From Takakia lepidozioides (taxonomy: Eukaryota > Plantae > Bryophyta), in assembly GCA_030704615.1 (NCBI GenBank), contig CM060731.1:63922001-63986000 (forward strand): DNA of 64,000 nt, written 5' to 3'. Shown one piece after another: positions 1 through 13,268 of this stretch. Position 1 is the stretch's first letter, and every line of letters starts with the position of its first letter. Under the pieces are notes generated by a model. That model saw only the letters and a program-made list of their open reading frames with translations. It was not told the origin of the DNA and did not search any database. Position numbers and translations under genes: made by a program.

Positions 1-1534
1 AAGAATTCTATGCGGGTAGACTACCTAAGGCAATGGTCTGTTCTTACAGTGTCGAACTTGTGTAAACTAACTACTGTTGCAACTGCCATTGAATCTTAGT
101 TGTTGATGGTATACAAATGGATAGTAGAGAAATGTAGTCAGACGAAATAGGCTTAAGGTTGTGATCATGTTGAGTGCACCAGACTTAAGTGAGAATCTTA
201 TGAGCTCATTGGCTATGCCTGGCTCTCTCTCTCTTTCCTCGCTCTCTCTCTCCCCACCTTCCCCTCTACTTTCAATATCCCTCTCACCCTAGCTTATGAC
301 TGCAGATCCTCCGCCAGTCACTTTCCAGGTGGAGGCAGACCACAAAGATCGAGCAGCACCAGATCATATACACCTGGGCAGTATCAAGCTTGGGAGAAGG
401 CTAAACTGGGACTGTTGAAGAGAGCAGATTTGGAGATCACGGATAAGATGTGTCGGGATCATATCAATGGCTGTGGGGCTAGGGCTCTTGAGCACTAATT
501 TCTCACACCCTGAGAATGGAGCCCAGCAGTTATTCGATTACACCCAGCTCGGCAGGTCTCCAATGGTTGTTGCGGATCCAGGTGACAGTCTCATCTACTT
601 GAAGAATACAGAGAGGTAACCTCCAAGTTAGCTTATGACTCTCAGAAGGCTGCTATGTTGAGTTCCAGGAATACGTGGTCTGAGTTTATCAGAGCCTATA
701 CTGTGTACGAGACACCAGCTGACAGGTTGTCCTTGCTCTCCCAAAGGGAATATGCCAATCTTCAATTCATGTGTGCGCCGGCAGCGGGGCCCATGCACTG
801 ACGGACGGGCGCCCCCGCGACCACCCGGAGGGTCCGGGTCTGCTCGCAGGTCGGGTCTGCTCACTGCTCGCAGGTCGGTCGTCGCGCCCCGCAGCCCGCC
901 CGCGGGACTTAGAATTTTTTGCGGGAAAACTCGCCCATCGAAAGGAGGGTCATTAATACACATGCAGCGCCAACCAGAACCATCATAAATACACATTTGG
1001 CGCAGCCAAAATTGAACCCACAACCTCATAGGTACCACTCATTGCGCCCAACCACCACACTACTCACTGCTACCCCAATATTTTTTTATGTCTTAACCTA
1101 GAAAATAGCTGTAGTCAGCCTCAATGCCGCCTAGGGTTAGGGTGTGCTGACCCTACCTCGCGGCAGCCAATCCTCGCAACAGACCCACCCGGGTAGAGTC
1201 TCACCTAGGGTCAAGGCCTGCGGACCCTACCACGCGACAGACCATACCTGGTGGCAGACCTACCCTCGCAGCAGACCCACCCAAGCCGAGTCTCGCGACA
1301 GACCATACCTGGCGGCCGACCCATCCTCGCGGCAGACCCACCCGGGCCGGGGTCATGGGTCATGGGTCACGACGTCCGTGCATGGGGCCTGCCGCCTGGC
1401 GCACATGTGAGCCTTAAACTAATTGAGAAGTATACAAGGGAGTAGGAGGCCGTGGTTAATTTATTGATTGGATAAGGTTCATAGTCATTAAATGAGGAGT
1501 TAAAACGGCTATATATTCTATCTAATTACTAATA

Positions 1535-1775
1535 CTAGGGTAGCCTGTGCAGTTGGCCCAAGTGTCCAGTGTCATCTAAGACCAAGTGCAATCCCCTATG
1601 TATCAAAGTGCGTTTCCTACCAGATGCAAGCTTTAGGGTAGCCTTTGCCATTGGCCCAAGTGTCCAGTGTCATCTAAGACCAAGTGCAATCCCCTATGTA
1701 TCAAAGTGCGTTTCCTACCAGATGCAAGCTCTAGGGTAGCCTTTGCCATTGGCCCAAGTGTCCAATGTCATCTAA
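1535..1775 (-). repeat. 98-bp tandem repeat (~2.4 copies), possibly stacked Helitron 3' termini
   Basis: Unit TAGGGTAGCC...CAGATGCAAGCT starts at 1536, 1634 and 1732. On the minus strand the units end in ...GGCTACCCTAG/CTAA. Confidence 0.75.
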
Positions 1776-2079
1776 GGAAGTCTCTTTTCCACAGAGCCTA
1801 CGACCAGATTTGAACCGGAGACCTTTCCCTTGATATCTCTCCCGTCGCCAACCATTATCCCAGGAATGCCCACTTTGCCATTTTTGCTATTTTTTGTGAA
1901 TATCCAGCGACCAAAAGTACTTGGAATTCCATATCTCCCTCACCATTTGTCCAAAAATTATGAGACCAAGCCGGTGCACCCCTCCTCCTCAAGGACTTTC
2001 CAATGGCACCAAGCACCCGCGCTGGGCCCCGCGGTTTGGGAGATCGCGCATTGGAAGCCCGTGCCCTCTAGAGCTACTC

Positions 2080-2822
2080 ACATTCTACTATGAAACTTGC
2101 ACAACGGTTGCTTGCCCAATTTGGGCATGTCTAAGGGGTCACACCCTCTGGTCTTTGTGGAACGCAAGATGTAGTTTGATATTTCAGGGAAGGAGCCCCA
2201 ACATCAGACTAGTGCTTTATAAGTTATTTGCTGATATGATGACTGAGGGGCGAAAGGCTTGGGTGTCTCTGCAAGCAGCTTCAGCCAAATGCAGCGACAG
2301 GAGGCGCAATCAACTTTTCGCGGACTTCGACCTCTCCTGGGCTAAAGACAGCCTCCTCTGCGGATCGAATCACTTGGCATGATACCATCCCCCGGGAATG
2401 GCAAATCCCCTGCTGAGTCGGAAGGACCCGACGTCAACTGGAAGGATCTCAACCTACGTGCGGCTAAGTCCAAAGTTCAGTTGAAATTTGGCAACTAGAA
2501 TTTTTTCTGGACTTATGATAAAATTCTCCTTTGGTCCCCCGATAGCTACTTTTAAGCCACATAGCTAGGCTGCACTTATGGTTAGTGGCCTCATCCTTTT
2601 TAGGCCATCTGGCAATCCCCTCCCCCCCCCCACCCCCAGGCTTTTGTTCTTGATTACTCCCACTCTCCTCCCCAACTCCCTACCAGTGCTGGGTGTTCGC
2701 ATGTGAGACGCCTTTGCGGCCCCTAGGAGGTTATTTTTTCCTCCTCTCTGTTCTCATTTTGCCACTCCAATAAAATTTTGCAGGGCCCTGACCCTTTTAT
2801 TTAAAAAAAATAAAAATAAAAT
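2080..2822 (+). mobile_element. L1-type LINE 3' remnant
   Basis: The peptide 'WACLRGHTLWSLWNARCSLIFQG' resembles the LINE ORF2 C-terminal W-x-L-W-x-x-R motif. An A-rich tail follows at ~2803-2822. Confidence 0.5.
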
Positions 2823-3459
2823 ACCAGCTGGTGAGTAACTGTTGGCAAATCCAGAATCCTGCATCTATTGAGAACCGACGGATATTAAAATTTTGTGAGT
2901 ATTCTAATACTATGGAGCCGCTGGTATTGAGAAGTGAAAATGTTTCTTCAATAGAGGACTAAGAGGACTAACATGAGAGTGCCAGAACACTCTTTGTCCC
3001 ACTGCAGCTTCAGAGTGATGCTATGAGGAGAGAGGTGCCCACTTAAGGATTTCGACCTCTGTTGGGCTTGGAGTGTTTCATCCAAATTCTCTTCTCATCT
3101 TGGATGAGATACAATATTTCCTCTTATATGTTCATCGATATTTCCTCCCATACCTTCCCAAGCGTGTCTCGCAGATGGGCTGGGCTGTGGAGCATCCCCC
3201 TTGGCAATGCGCAGAGGACGGAGTCTCTTGCATATGTTGGGTATGGCGCCTTCAGGGATGCCATTCAAATCAGGTAATAAATCGAAACACTTGGCGGGTT
3301 TCTTCTCTGGGGTTGCTATGTTTAATGTATGCACGGTCGGATCCAGGCTCTTTGGCGCAATTTAGCATTAACGAATGTACTGTGGGCAAGGAAGGAAGAA
3401 AGCCCACGGGATCGTTAGACAAGGCCGATAATTGGTATATGTGGCATTTAGGTCAACGC

Positions 3460-6400
3460 TGGAGCATGGAACAGCGCTGGCAGGAGTTCTTTAAAGATCC
3501 TTCACAATGGTGGGACAGTAGCCTTGACAAGGTAAGCTTCCTTCATGTAGGACAAGGAGTCTGAGGGAAATCTGGTATGATTGTCTTGATTGTACCCCTA
3601 ATAGTTAGAATCTCGCTTTGCTGTGCAAAAACTGCTTTTAGACAGACAGTAGGTTGTTCTTCCACAGTAGGTTGTTCTTCCTGAGCAGTGCATGAAAGTA
3701 GGATATCCAAGGCCTTTCCCTGAAGTTTGGGTATTAGGGAGGGTCGAGACTGTGGCTGCTCAGCAGCTCCCTGGTCGTTTTCACAGACCACTCCAAAATC
3801 TCCAGACTACACACAAACTGGTGTAAGTTAGGACATGTTCGTATGTTCCTCATTGTGTAGAGTCCAATGGAACCCACATTGACTTGTTTGAAAGCTCACT
3901 ATAACTCCTCCTTAAAGGAACTTGTCAAAATGTTGATGCTGTTGGATTTTCGGGCACAAAGGTCTACTGTGGAGCATGGAGCAGAGCTGGCATGAGATTT
4001 TTAAAGATCCCTCACAATGGTGGGGCAACCACAATTGCAAGGTGGGGCTTTCTTAATGTATGATGTGAACAAGTTTTGTCCATCCTGCAAATGTGGGCTC
4101 TTCCTGTCAGTATTGTGATTTGGTATTTTTCCTGGTGTTTACAAGGTACTTGGGAGGGTCAGATTGGTCTAGGAAGCTGTGCTTGAATCTATGGCTGCTC
4201 AGCTGCACCGTGGTGACTCCTCACAGATCAATCCGAGATCACCTGACTGCCGACACAAGCTGCACACACAAGAGGTCCTTTTGGGTTGATCGCCAGATTA
4301 ATCCTGCAGGGGTGAAAGATAAGCTAGCTGCTTTCATGACACAAGGTCAAGGACAAAATGGTGAGGGCACCTTCTTCTTCAACACATTCCAGCCTGTTTT
4401 ACCCTCTTATCAGGTCGTCCCTAATGTCATGTCGAATTCTGCAAGTTAGCTCATAGGGTCTATGGTGGTTTGGAGTGATTTTGACATGTTACTGCCGATG
4501 TGGCAACATGCACTTATCCAAAAACAGATAGCAGAGATGAGGAGAAGCTTTGGAAGGAATATTTCTCAGACCTCAGTCAATGGTGGGACAATCGAGGTAA
4601 AAAGGTGAATGCCTGTTCAATTACAGAGAGAAAGCAGACAACAAGATGCATCACAAGGCTTTATTGGAATTGTCTCCCCAGCACATTTTGAAAGTTGTGG
4701 GAGTAATTCAGCATAGGAAGTACTGTGTCATAAGTAGGGTTGGGGTGGACAATTCTAGGCTGTCATTGTCAGCTGGTAGCAGCAAGGCAAGGATCTATAT
4801 ATGATTTGTGGAGAGGCAGGGATAGCTGAAGGAGCAGGGATAGGAGTGTGGGTCCAGATACATCCAAGAGGGCTGGATTTCAAAATTACTTGTGATTCCC
4901 TGTGGATTGATAGCTACAAGAAACCTGCATGGGTAGATGGTCAACTGGAATCAGCGGCGGCACAGTTGATTAAATCAGGCGCCTTGACCATGACCATAGT
5001 TTCCGAAAGAGGACCGGGAGAGGGAGTCCACAATGCCTCTTCTGGCAGTTCTGGGCATGTGAGGATGCTATGTGAGGCTGGGCGACTAAAAGAGGCTCTA
5101 CAGACTTTAAACCAAGGGGGCATTTCAGCAGATTCAGATACTTATGTCAGTCTCTTGCATACGTGCATCAAGATGAAAGACTTGCAAGCTGGAAAGCAGG
5201 TGCATGCTCACATTATCCAAAGTGGATTCAAGCCAAATGTTTTTCTACACAACACCCTTGTCAACATGTATGTTAAGTGCAGGAGCATCGTTGATGCTCA
5301 CCAAGTGTTCAACAGAATGCCTCAATGGTGTTTGAGCACATGGAATATAATGATGGCAGGATTTACCAAGCATGGGTGTGGAAGGAATGCTTTGGAGACA
5401 TATGAGCAAATGATGCGGGAAGGGGTGAAGCCGAACCACATTACGTTTGTTTGTGTGTGCAATGCGTGTGCGAGCCTGGCAGCCCTGGAAAAAGGGCAAA
5501 GAGGTCCATGGTGCCATTGTCAAAGCTGGAATTGTACCAGATGTCATCCTGAACACTGCCCTGGTGGACATGTATGCCAAATGCCGGAGCATTGAAGATG
5601 CAAAGGGAGTGTTTGACAATATGGTTGAACGAAATGTGGTGTCGTGGAATGCAATGATTGCAGGATATGCACAGCAGGGGTGGGGGATGGAAGCTTTGGA
5701 GACCTATGAGCAAATGGTGCAGGAAGGGGTGAAGCCCAACCACATCACGTTTGTTTGTGTTTGCAATGCTTGTGCGAGCAGGCAGCTGTGGAAAAGGGCA
5801 AAGAGGTGCATGGCGACATAATCAAAGCTGGAATTGTACCAAATGTCATTCTGAACAATACCCTGGTAGACATGTATGCCAAATGTGGGTGCATCGAGGA
5901 TGCAAAGGGAGTGTTCGACAATATGGCTGAACGAGATGTGGTGTCATGGAACGCATTGATTGCAGGATATGCACAGCAGGGGCGAGGGATGGAGGCTTTG
6001 GAGACCTATAGGCAAATGATGCGGGAAGGGGTGAGGCCAAACCACATCACGTTTGTTTGTGTTTGCAATGTGTGTGCGAGCCTGTCAACCCTTGAAAAGA
6101 GCAAAGAGGTCCATGGTGACATCATCAAAGCGGGAATTGTACCAGGCGTCATTCTGAACAATACCCTGGTGAACATGTATGCCAAATGTGGGTACATCGA
6201 GGACGCAAAGGAAGTATTCGACAAAATGGCTGAACGAAATGTGGTGTCGTGGAGTGCAATGATTGCAGGATATGCACAGCAGGGGCGTGGGATGGAGGCT
6301 TTGGCAACCTATGAGAAGATGTTGCAGGAAGGGGTGACGCCCAACCACATCACGTTTGTTTGCGTTTGCAATGCGTGTGCAAGCCTGGCAGCTCTGGAAA

Positions 6401-6950
6401 AGGGCAAAGAGGTCCATGGTGACATCGTCAAAACTGGAATTGTACCAGATGTCATTCTGAACACTGCCTTGGTGGACATGTATGCCAAATGCCGCAGCAT
6501 GGAAGATGCAAAGGGAGTGTTTGATAGTATAGCTGAACGAAATGTGGTGTCGTGGAACGCGATGATTGCAGGTTATGCACAGCAGGGGCGAGGGATGGAG
6601 GCTTTGGAGACCTATGGGCAAATGATGCAGGAAGGGGTGAAGCCCAACCACATCACGTTTGTTTGTGTTTGCAATGCATGTGCGAGCCTTGCAGCCCTGG
6701 AAAAGGGCAAAGAGGTCCATGGTATATCGTCAAAGCTGGAATTGTACCGGATGTCACTCTGAACAATACCCTGGTAGACATGTATGCCAAATGTGGGTGC
6801 ATTGAGGATGCAAAGGGAGTGTTTGACAATATGGCTGAATGAGATGTGGTGTCGTGGAATGCAATGATGGCAGGATATACCCAGTGTGGTTGTCATAGGG
6901 AGGCCCTGCAACTATTTGAAGGAATGCAAATGGAAGGCTTGAAGCCGGAC
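3460..6950 (+). pseudogene. PLS-class PPR gene with three N-terminal OSB-like PDF (WWDNR) motifs; frameshifted and truncated, no E/DYW domain visible
   Basis: Exon pieces WQEFFKDPSQWWDS (~3478), WHEIFKDPSQWWGN (~3988) and WKEYFSDLSQWWDNRGKK (~4551), with partner halves PKSPDY, INPRSPDCRHK and IHPRGLDFK..SLWIDS. These are followed by 101-aa PLS triplets (VILNTALVDMYAKC / VVSWNAMIAGYAQQG / NHITFVCVCNACASL). Frameshifts occur near 5490, 5780 and 6723, and a TGA at ~6839. Confidence 0.85.
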
Positions 6951-7964
6951 CCTATTTGTGCAAAACCAATTCATATATCCCAAAGATACAACTTGTGTAC
7001 CATACAACTTCAACGCACTATATAGAACCATAAGAATACCAGAAAAAGGACCACTTGTGTCTCTCCTTGAGAAACATTCAAAAAACAAATGTGGAATAAC
7101 TCATGGTGTCACTTGACCACGAAGGACAAATGCCTTTCAATGAGAAGGTGGACAACTTTATGACATTCAACACACTCATGTGGTATGGTATTATACCCCA
7201 ACCACTCGACTATCTATTGAGAGACTTCCTAGGAAGCCAGCCTAACCATAGATATCCCGTAAAAATACTAGAATGATGCTTGTGTAACCAAGCTATCCCT
7301 ATAATTCAAAGACAGCACATAAATCATACCAATGTCGACAACCAGTCACTGGCAAAGGATATACAAAAAAGACAGAAAGAAAAGTTGACTCCTAATGGTG
7401 TCGCTTCACCCACACTCAGGGCTATTGCAATTCTGACACATCCATCTAATGGCCTGCATTGAATTGTATGCTCTATCAAACTTGAGACCCTCATTGATTT
7501 CTTTCTTCTCTTACTCCTCCATCGGCCCGTCCTGTAATAAAGACAAATTTTGAGTAATTGTGCAATGTTACATAGCTTGTTTTTAGTTTGTTCCTAGGAG
7601 TAGCGCAAGGGTTTTCTGTCCTCACAAATCAGAAAACCCAAATGCAACAAAGACAAGGGCGGTAGATATGAAGATTGGCATAAAACATACTGAGCTTCAA
7701 GTCTCTTCAATGGTCAAATAAGCAGAAATGTTGAAGTAGGTGCCTTCCTTTTGAGGACACTAATAAGCCTTGTGTATCTTGAGTGTGACCATCTCCACCT
7801 GAATCCTTCCCCCAATACAGAAAGCGTAGAATCCAAATAGGCATTTCCTAGCATATGGTGTCAGTAAAAGCCAGGGAGTCGTATGCATTTCAGGTACATT
7901 CAAAACCTGTTTTTCCATCCGACAGCAAGATAAATCAAGTGGGGTAGACAGGCGGCCTACCCTG

Positions 7965-10900
7965 CTAATGTCTTCTTCTGTGCCTCCCTTCTGAACCATT
8001 TCTCTGATGACTGCGAGCCCTTTCCATAGGCATCTCAGATTCATCACCCTTACACTCCAGATCTCCTCTATGTGTACCTCTACCTGTTTCTCTGTAATTT
8101 GATCTGTGCCTATCCTTCACTGTTGAAGAGCCTCCGTCCACATTTGAGCCCTCCAATAACTCATGCTTGGTTTTCCTGGACTTTCTACTATGTTGCCCTT
8201 CCTGAGGGACCCTTGAATCTAAATCAGCACTACCATCAATAGACAATGTTAAATGATTATTAGAAGCCCCTTTTAAAGGCTGATCATCATTTTCCATATC
8301 AGCAGATGGTGGAAATGCAGAGTCAGGTCGAGATGAAGTATCAGAGGATTGACTATCTCGGGTGGCATGGTGTCGCTTTCGATTTCTTTCCTTCTCACCT
8401 GCACGTCTCGATTTCCTCTGAGAGTACTTTTCTTTTTTATGCTTAACCTCAGATCTCCTCTCTTTTTTGCAGTTCCTATCCCTGCTGTTACTTTCACTTT
8501 CACTGTCATCAGAATCGCTCAGGTGCTTTCGCTTACGTTTCTGGTCCTTTCTCTTCCGGTGTCTTTTCGCATCCTTCCTTAGACCCGCAAGCTCTTTGCG
8601 CTGAGCCTTGGTCAAGGAAGCTAGCACATCAGGTATGGCCAATAACCCACTCTCGCCCTCCCCAGCCCCCGCCAGAAAACCTAAACACAATCAACTGCAA
8701 AACTTAGGACAGATGAACAATGGGTTCATGATCCAGGCACCTTCACAGGAATATACATCCGAGCATAACGGTTTTTCAACAGGGACTACAGAACAGAGCA
8801 GGATGAAATGAGAAATTTAGAAACCCACCTCCATACTCATCATATATGTCATCATCAGGAAGAATCTGCTGATTTGGGTCGTCAGGCCTAAAACCACCTC
8901 GTGCTGGGCTTAAGACACCTGGCTGTCGCTTCAGCTCCCACTTGAGTGGCTGCAAACATCCAGTCCCCACTCTCAGACTGGAGGCTCAATCTGTGTCTTT
9001 CTTTGCATAGATGAGTTACTGGCACCAGGTAGTATAGCGTTTGTTCTCAAGATGTCTTCCAAGTGAGGCATGCCTGGGAATGAATAGCTCCACCAAACAG
9101 AAACCATCAAAGTAATTTCCTTTGTATCGGCATGACAATGGAACTCAAAAGGAAAGGAAGGTTAGCACAGACCTCGTCAGGCATTGCCTGTGCCAAGATG
9201 ACAGTGAGGGGGTCATTTCGTTTCAAGCGCTCTTCCTCATTGGGCATGATGATATCCTTCAAAGGACATTCACGGTCACCACTTTGATGGCCAAAAGCGC
9301 CACATCTTGCACACTTCACATTCCGGATCTCAATTGCAAATGGTTTCACTCGTCCAGCAACACCAGTTTCAAGCCTGAAAAGCCCGACAGTTCAGACAAA
9401 GTAAAAGGCACCGAAATTTTGTCTCTTGGAAAACAGCAGAATTTAGTACATGGAACTTGTGATACTAAAATAGAAAAATGGAAAAGAAGATTGAATACCT
9501 GGGAGCATCTTTCAGTGCTGGAAACTCTTCCTCTGTAGGAAGTGTGCGACCAAACACATCCTTGACACGAGGCTTCCTCCGTCCCTCTCCTACTTTCTCA
9601 GATCCAACTATGTCTGTCTCCCTGCATGGTCACGCCCATATAGCATAGGAATGAGCCAAATGAATCCCCTCATAATGAACAGACCTACTGTCCCAGCAAC
9701 ATCTTGTGATGTAGAACATCTTGCACAAAGACTACAGAGCCAACACCTCATCAAATGAATGAACTCAGCAGCTCAGGGATGAGATCGCCCTACACTGTTT
9801 AACTGCAATTCTGGCCAGACTCCCAAGAAATAATAGAACTACCCCAATCATATATGCAAGCTGAGCAGTGTTGAATGAGCAAGAGAAACGCACCCCTGCT
9901 GAACAGCAGCAAGAGACGTATTACAGGATGAGCCGGGCAGGGAATCGAGCCCAAGCTTCTTCCTCTCATCAGCGATTTCAGCAGCCCGTGCACTTTCAGC
10001 ATTGTAGCCAGGTGGACGCATGTACATGAAGCCAACAGCCTGCATTGCCTCCACCTACACATGCTACAAAATTCACCCTTTCAGCTCCCTTCTGCCAGAC
10101 CTCTGATTGGAGTTAGTGAATTTGTCCTCTCTCACTTACTAAAAGACTGCTGTTTTGTTCCAAAATTGACATCAACTTCACTACGTGAGCTGGAAGAGAG
10201 GCAGAAATTTAGAAGAGACAGGAACAGGAGGGGATTACACAAACTCACTGGTAGAAACAACAAATCCACTATACGATTTGCCATGCAAAGTTGGAACATG
10301 AGAAATTCTGGGTGAAAAGAGGAACTACCCAGCCGGGACAACATGAGCTAACCAATCTGGCCAGAGAATACGCAGTGCCACCCCATCCACAGCATGTACA
10401 TCATACCTGAAAACCTGAATGAACTAGCTTTGCCAAAAGACTTGTGCTTGCCATTATGTTGGCAAAACCCTAGTGGCGTATACACCATGAGTACAAGAGG
10501 AAGAAAAATATTACCTTCTCCTTTTCCTTTTTGGACATGGCTGCAGTTTGACGGAAAAACTCCTGCTCCTGTGCAAACTGAGTGCACAGAAAACAAACCC
10601 ACAACGTTACAAACACACCTACCCAAACGTAACTTCTAAGGAAACCACAGGTAAAACCTGGATGACATGCAAAGGTTCACTCAACATAAGAATTGGAGCG
10701 AAAACCGAGTAATGCAACCTAACAATTTTTCTCAAAGACAGACATCGGCATGTGTGCTGAGACAGAGAAATAGAGAGAGCGGTTTCAGATGATCCCACCT
10801 CTCGAGACACCTCTTCAGTTCGGCGCTCATGCTGTGCATGTGTCTGTTCTGCGATCCACTTGCGGCGTTGATTTGGGTAAGAGAGAGGATGCCATGGTTT

Positions 10901-10978
10901 CTGATTAAGGTAGGAATGACTCCAGGCAGTGCCTGACTTGAGCTTATAATCCACCTCCTCTCCCCCGATTTTCTTCAT
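7965..10978 (-). CDS. CIR N-terminal domain / CCHC zinc-knuckle protein (CBF1-interacting corepressor-like, multi-exon)
   Basis: N-terminal 'KSGTAWSHSYLNQKPWHPLSYPNQRRKWIAEQ', then 'GFMYMRPPGYN', the knuckle 'VKCARCGAFGHQSGDRECP' and a K/R/S-rich C-terminal exon at 7965-8680. GT-AG boundaries are visible. Confidence 0.88.
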
Positions 10979-12149
10979 CTTCCTTGCTGCTCCTTTCTAG
11001 AATTTCCGAAATGTCGTCCTAGTTCTCGCCAAGCAACCCCACCGGACAGCTTTTTGCCATCATCTCTCCGCCCCACCCTTTGGAGCTCCTATACCAGCCT
11101 TCAAGCGCATCCCCATATACCATGTACTCCGTCTTTCATGCACCATCCTTCCACAGTCATCACAGAAGTGCATCACAGAAGTGTACACATGAAAGAGAAA
11201 GCGTTGTGCGTGCAATGGTCCGATGCAGATCTCTCAGAAATTGCAGGTGGTTGAAGGGACTTCCATTTGCACGACTGTGATTCACAGACTGTATTTGAAG
11301 AAAACAAATTCCCAACATCTGCAAAACCTCACCGCACTAGAATCCCATCCCTATAAAAGTGAATCACTGAACTCCTCCAACGCAATTTCGTCAGTTTGTG
11401 CGAATAGGTTACCCCAAATTTAGTTTAGTCACAATCACTGTTACAACTATGTTCACTAGATATTTTAGAACTAACTAATCAGTTTTAGAACCTGACCTAC
11501 TTGTCTTGATGCTTGTGTTGTCAGTTGTTGCTGTCGCTCAACACTTCAAAGGCTTGTCAAGCGTGCTAGACTGGAGCTTTGAAGTGTCGCTTTGCCTCTT
11601 TGAAATGGCTTGGCAACCAAGCCTTTTCCATACTCACCATCAAGTCATGGTCAGCATAAGTATCCCAAGCCCACTGTTATGTTCTTTTGTGGCAGATTGT
11701 TAGATTCACAAAGTGCTCCTCCATTTTGAAACATGCACATATACACGTATAGCTGTGCTCTTTTTAGTCAACGCGTTGATGAAGATACATACCAACAATA
11801 TGGACAAGCAAGCAATACAGATCTGTGCAAACCTCTACAACAGCTATCTAGTGAAGGGGGATCACACACTCAAGGGTAACTTTATTGTGAAAATAATGTA
11901 ATGGAATGAACCCACATCCAATAACAAAAAATGCCCCATTCACATGGGCTCCTAGTACAAGATTCACTAGAAGCATTGTAAAGTGCAATCGACACCATCA
12001 AGGGGGGCACAACAATTAGCAATCAACAACCCACATCCGAACAAGAGCATGTGTGCTTCTGCCTTGCCACTGGAAGTGGTTACAAAGAGGTTGCCCGCGT
12101 ATAGCAAACTATCCTGGTTTGTTGTTACTCAAGAAATGTGTGGTGTCCG

Positions 12150-12510
12150 AAAACGCAAATGCATGTTGCTGGTATTGAGTGTCAATGGACTTCTTTGTTA
12201 CATGCCACCTCCTACCAAAGGTGAGTTGTTTAATCAGAGGTTCCACTTGAGAAAAATAACAATTCGAGTGCCCGCAACACCATTTGTGATTCCAAGACCT
12301 AGAATGCTGGAATTTCTTCAACTTGCATTGACTCATTTTCATGTAACGATTTGGTCTTGCTCTGAGAAGGATACTATATTCAAGATGTTGGAGTGTTTCG
12401 TTCCTCCGGACGTTTCATATGGTCTGCCGGGCATTGCACAGACACAACTGGACATATGAAGCCTGAAATAAAATATCTTATTAAAAACATACTTGAAGCA
12501 GGTGAGACCC
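12150..12510 (+). pseudogene. FCP1/NIF (HAD-family CTD phosphatase-like) domain fragment, degenerate
   Basis: 'LLVLSVNGLL...RPRMLEFLQLALTHFHVTIWSCS', continuing in another frame as 'FIWSAGHCTDTTG...KYLIKNI'. The expected first catalytic Asp reads Ser. Confidence 0.55.
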
Positions 12511-13268
12511 CTCCCACTTGAATCTCTTGGCTCATTGTAGGATCCGATCTCTCCTTAGCAGTCACACTAGCTGCCGAGAGGTACATATATTAACCGTCTA
12601 GAGGGTACTTCGTGAAAATACACCAAATAGGTAACAGGAGCTCTACCTGTAAGTATACCATCCAGAAAGAACCGCCAAATACCAAATATCCGCTGGTTAT
12701 TTGGTGAGAACCCCGGGTTGTTTAAAGTTTTTGCTAGTAACTGGAACTGGAGGTTGTTAAATTTCACACCATCTGACATAACTGGAATCGCCGGTTATGA
12801 AAAAAATCAAATAACTGGCCAACACAGGTTACATCCAGATTGCCAAACCATACCCATGATGCTTTTCAGGCATTGGTAATGTGCAAGCATTTTGCCTGAT
12901 TACCACGATTACATGGGATGGACTGACACATTGCACATACTGCCATGGTGGCATGAGACAGTTGATGTATATGGTGGGTGCTGACAGACCCTGCCAACAT
13001 ATGCAACATGTGCGGCGGAGTAGGCATCCACCAAACATGTTCCTGGAGGACCTCAATGGATGCACGTTTCACAATGAGAAACGCCAGTACCTCCAATAGA
13101 AGTCTGTCCAAAGCCAGCAGCAGTGCCCAGTTTCCACCTTATCTGAGATGATCGGCAACCTTTTTCCCCTGGAACAACACACTCCAAAATCGCACTTAGA
13201 ATACTTCCAATGTGACATACTCTTTCAGACAAAAACCTAAGATCTACTTTCAACTAAGAAAGTAAAAG

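Noticed and set aside
1795-1840. tRNA-like B-box sequence (similar one at ~58310)
   Set aside because: No full cloverleaf can be formed; at most these are SINE remnants.
5245-6911. Long repetitive minus-strand ORFs
   Set aside because: They are antisense shadows of the PPR repeats.
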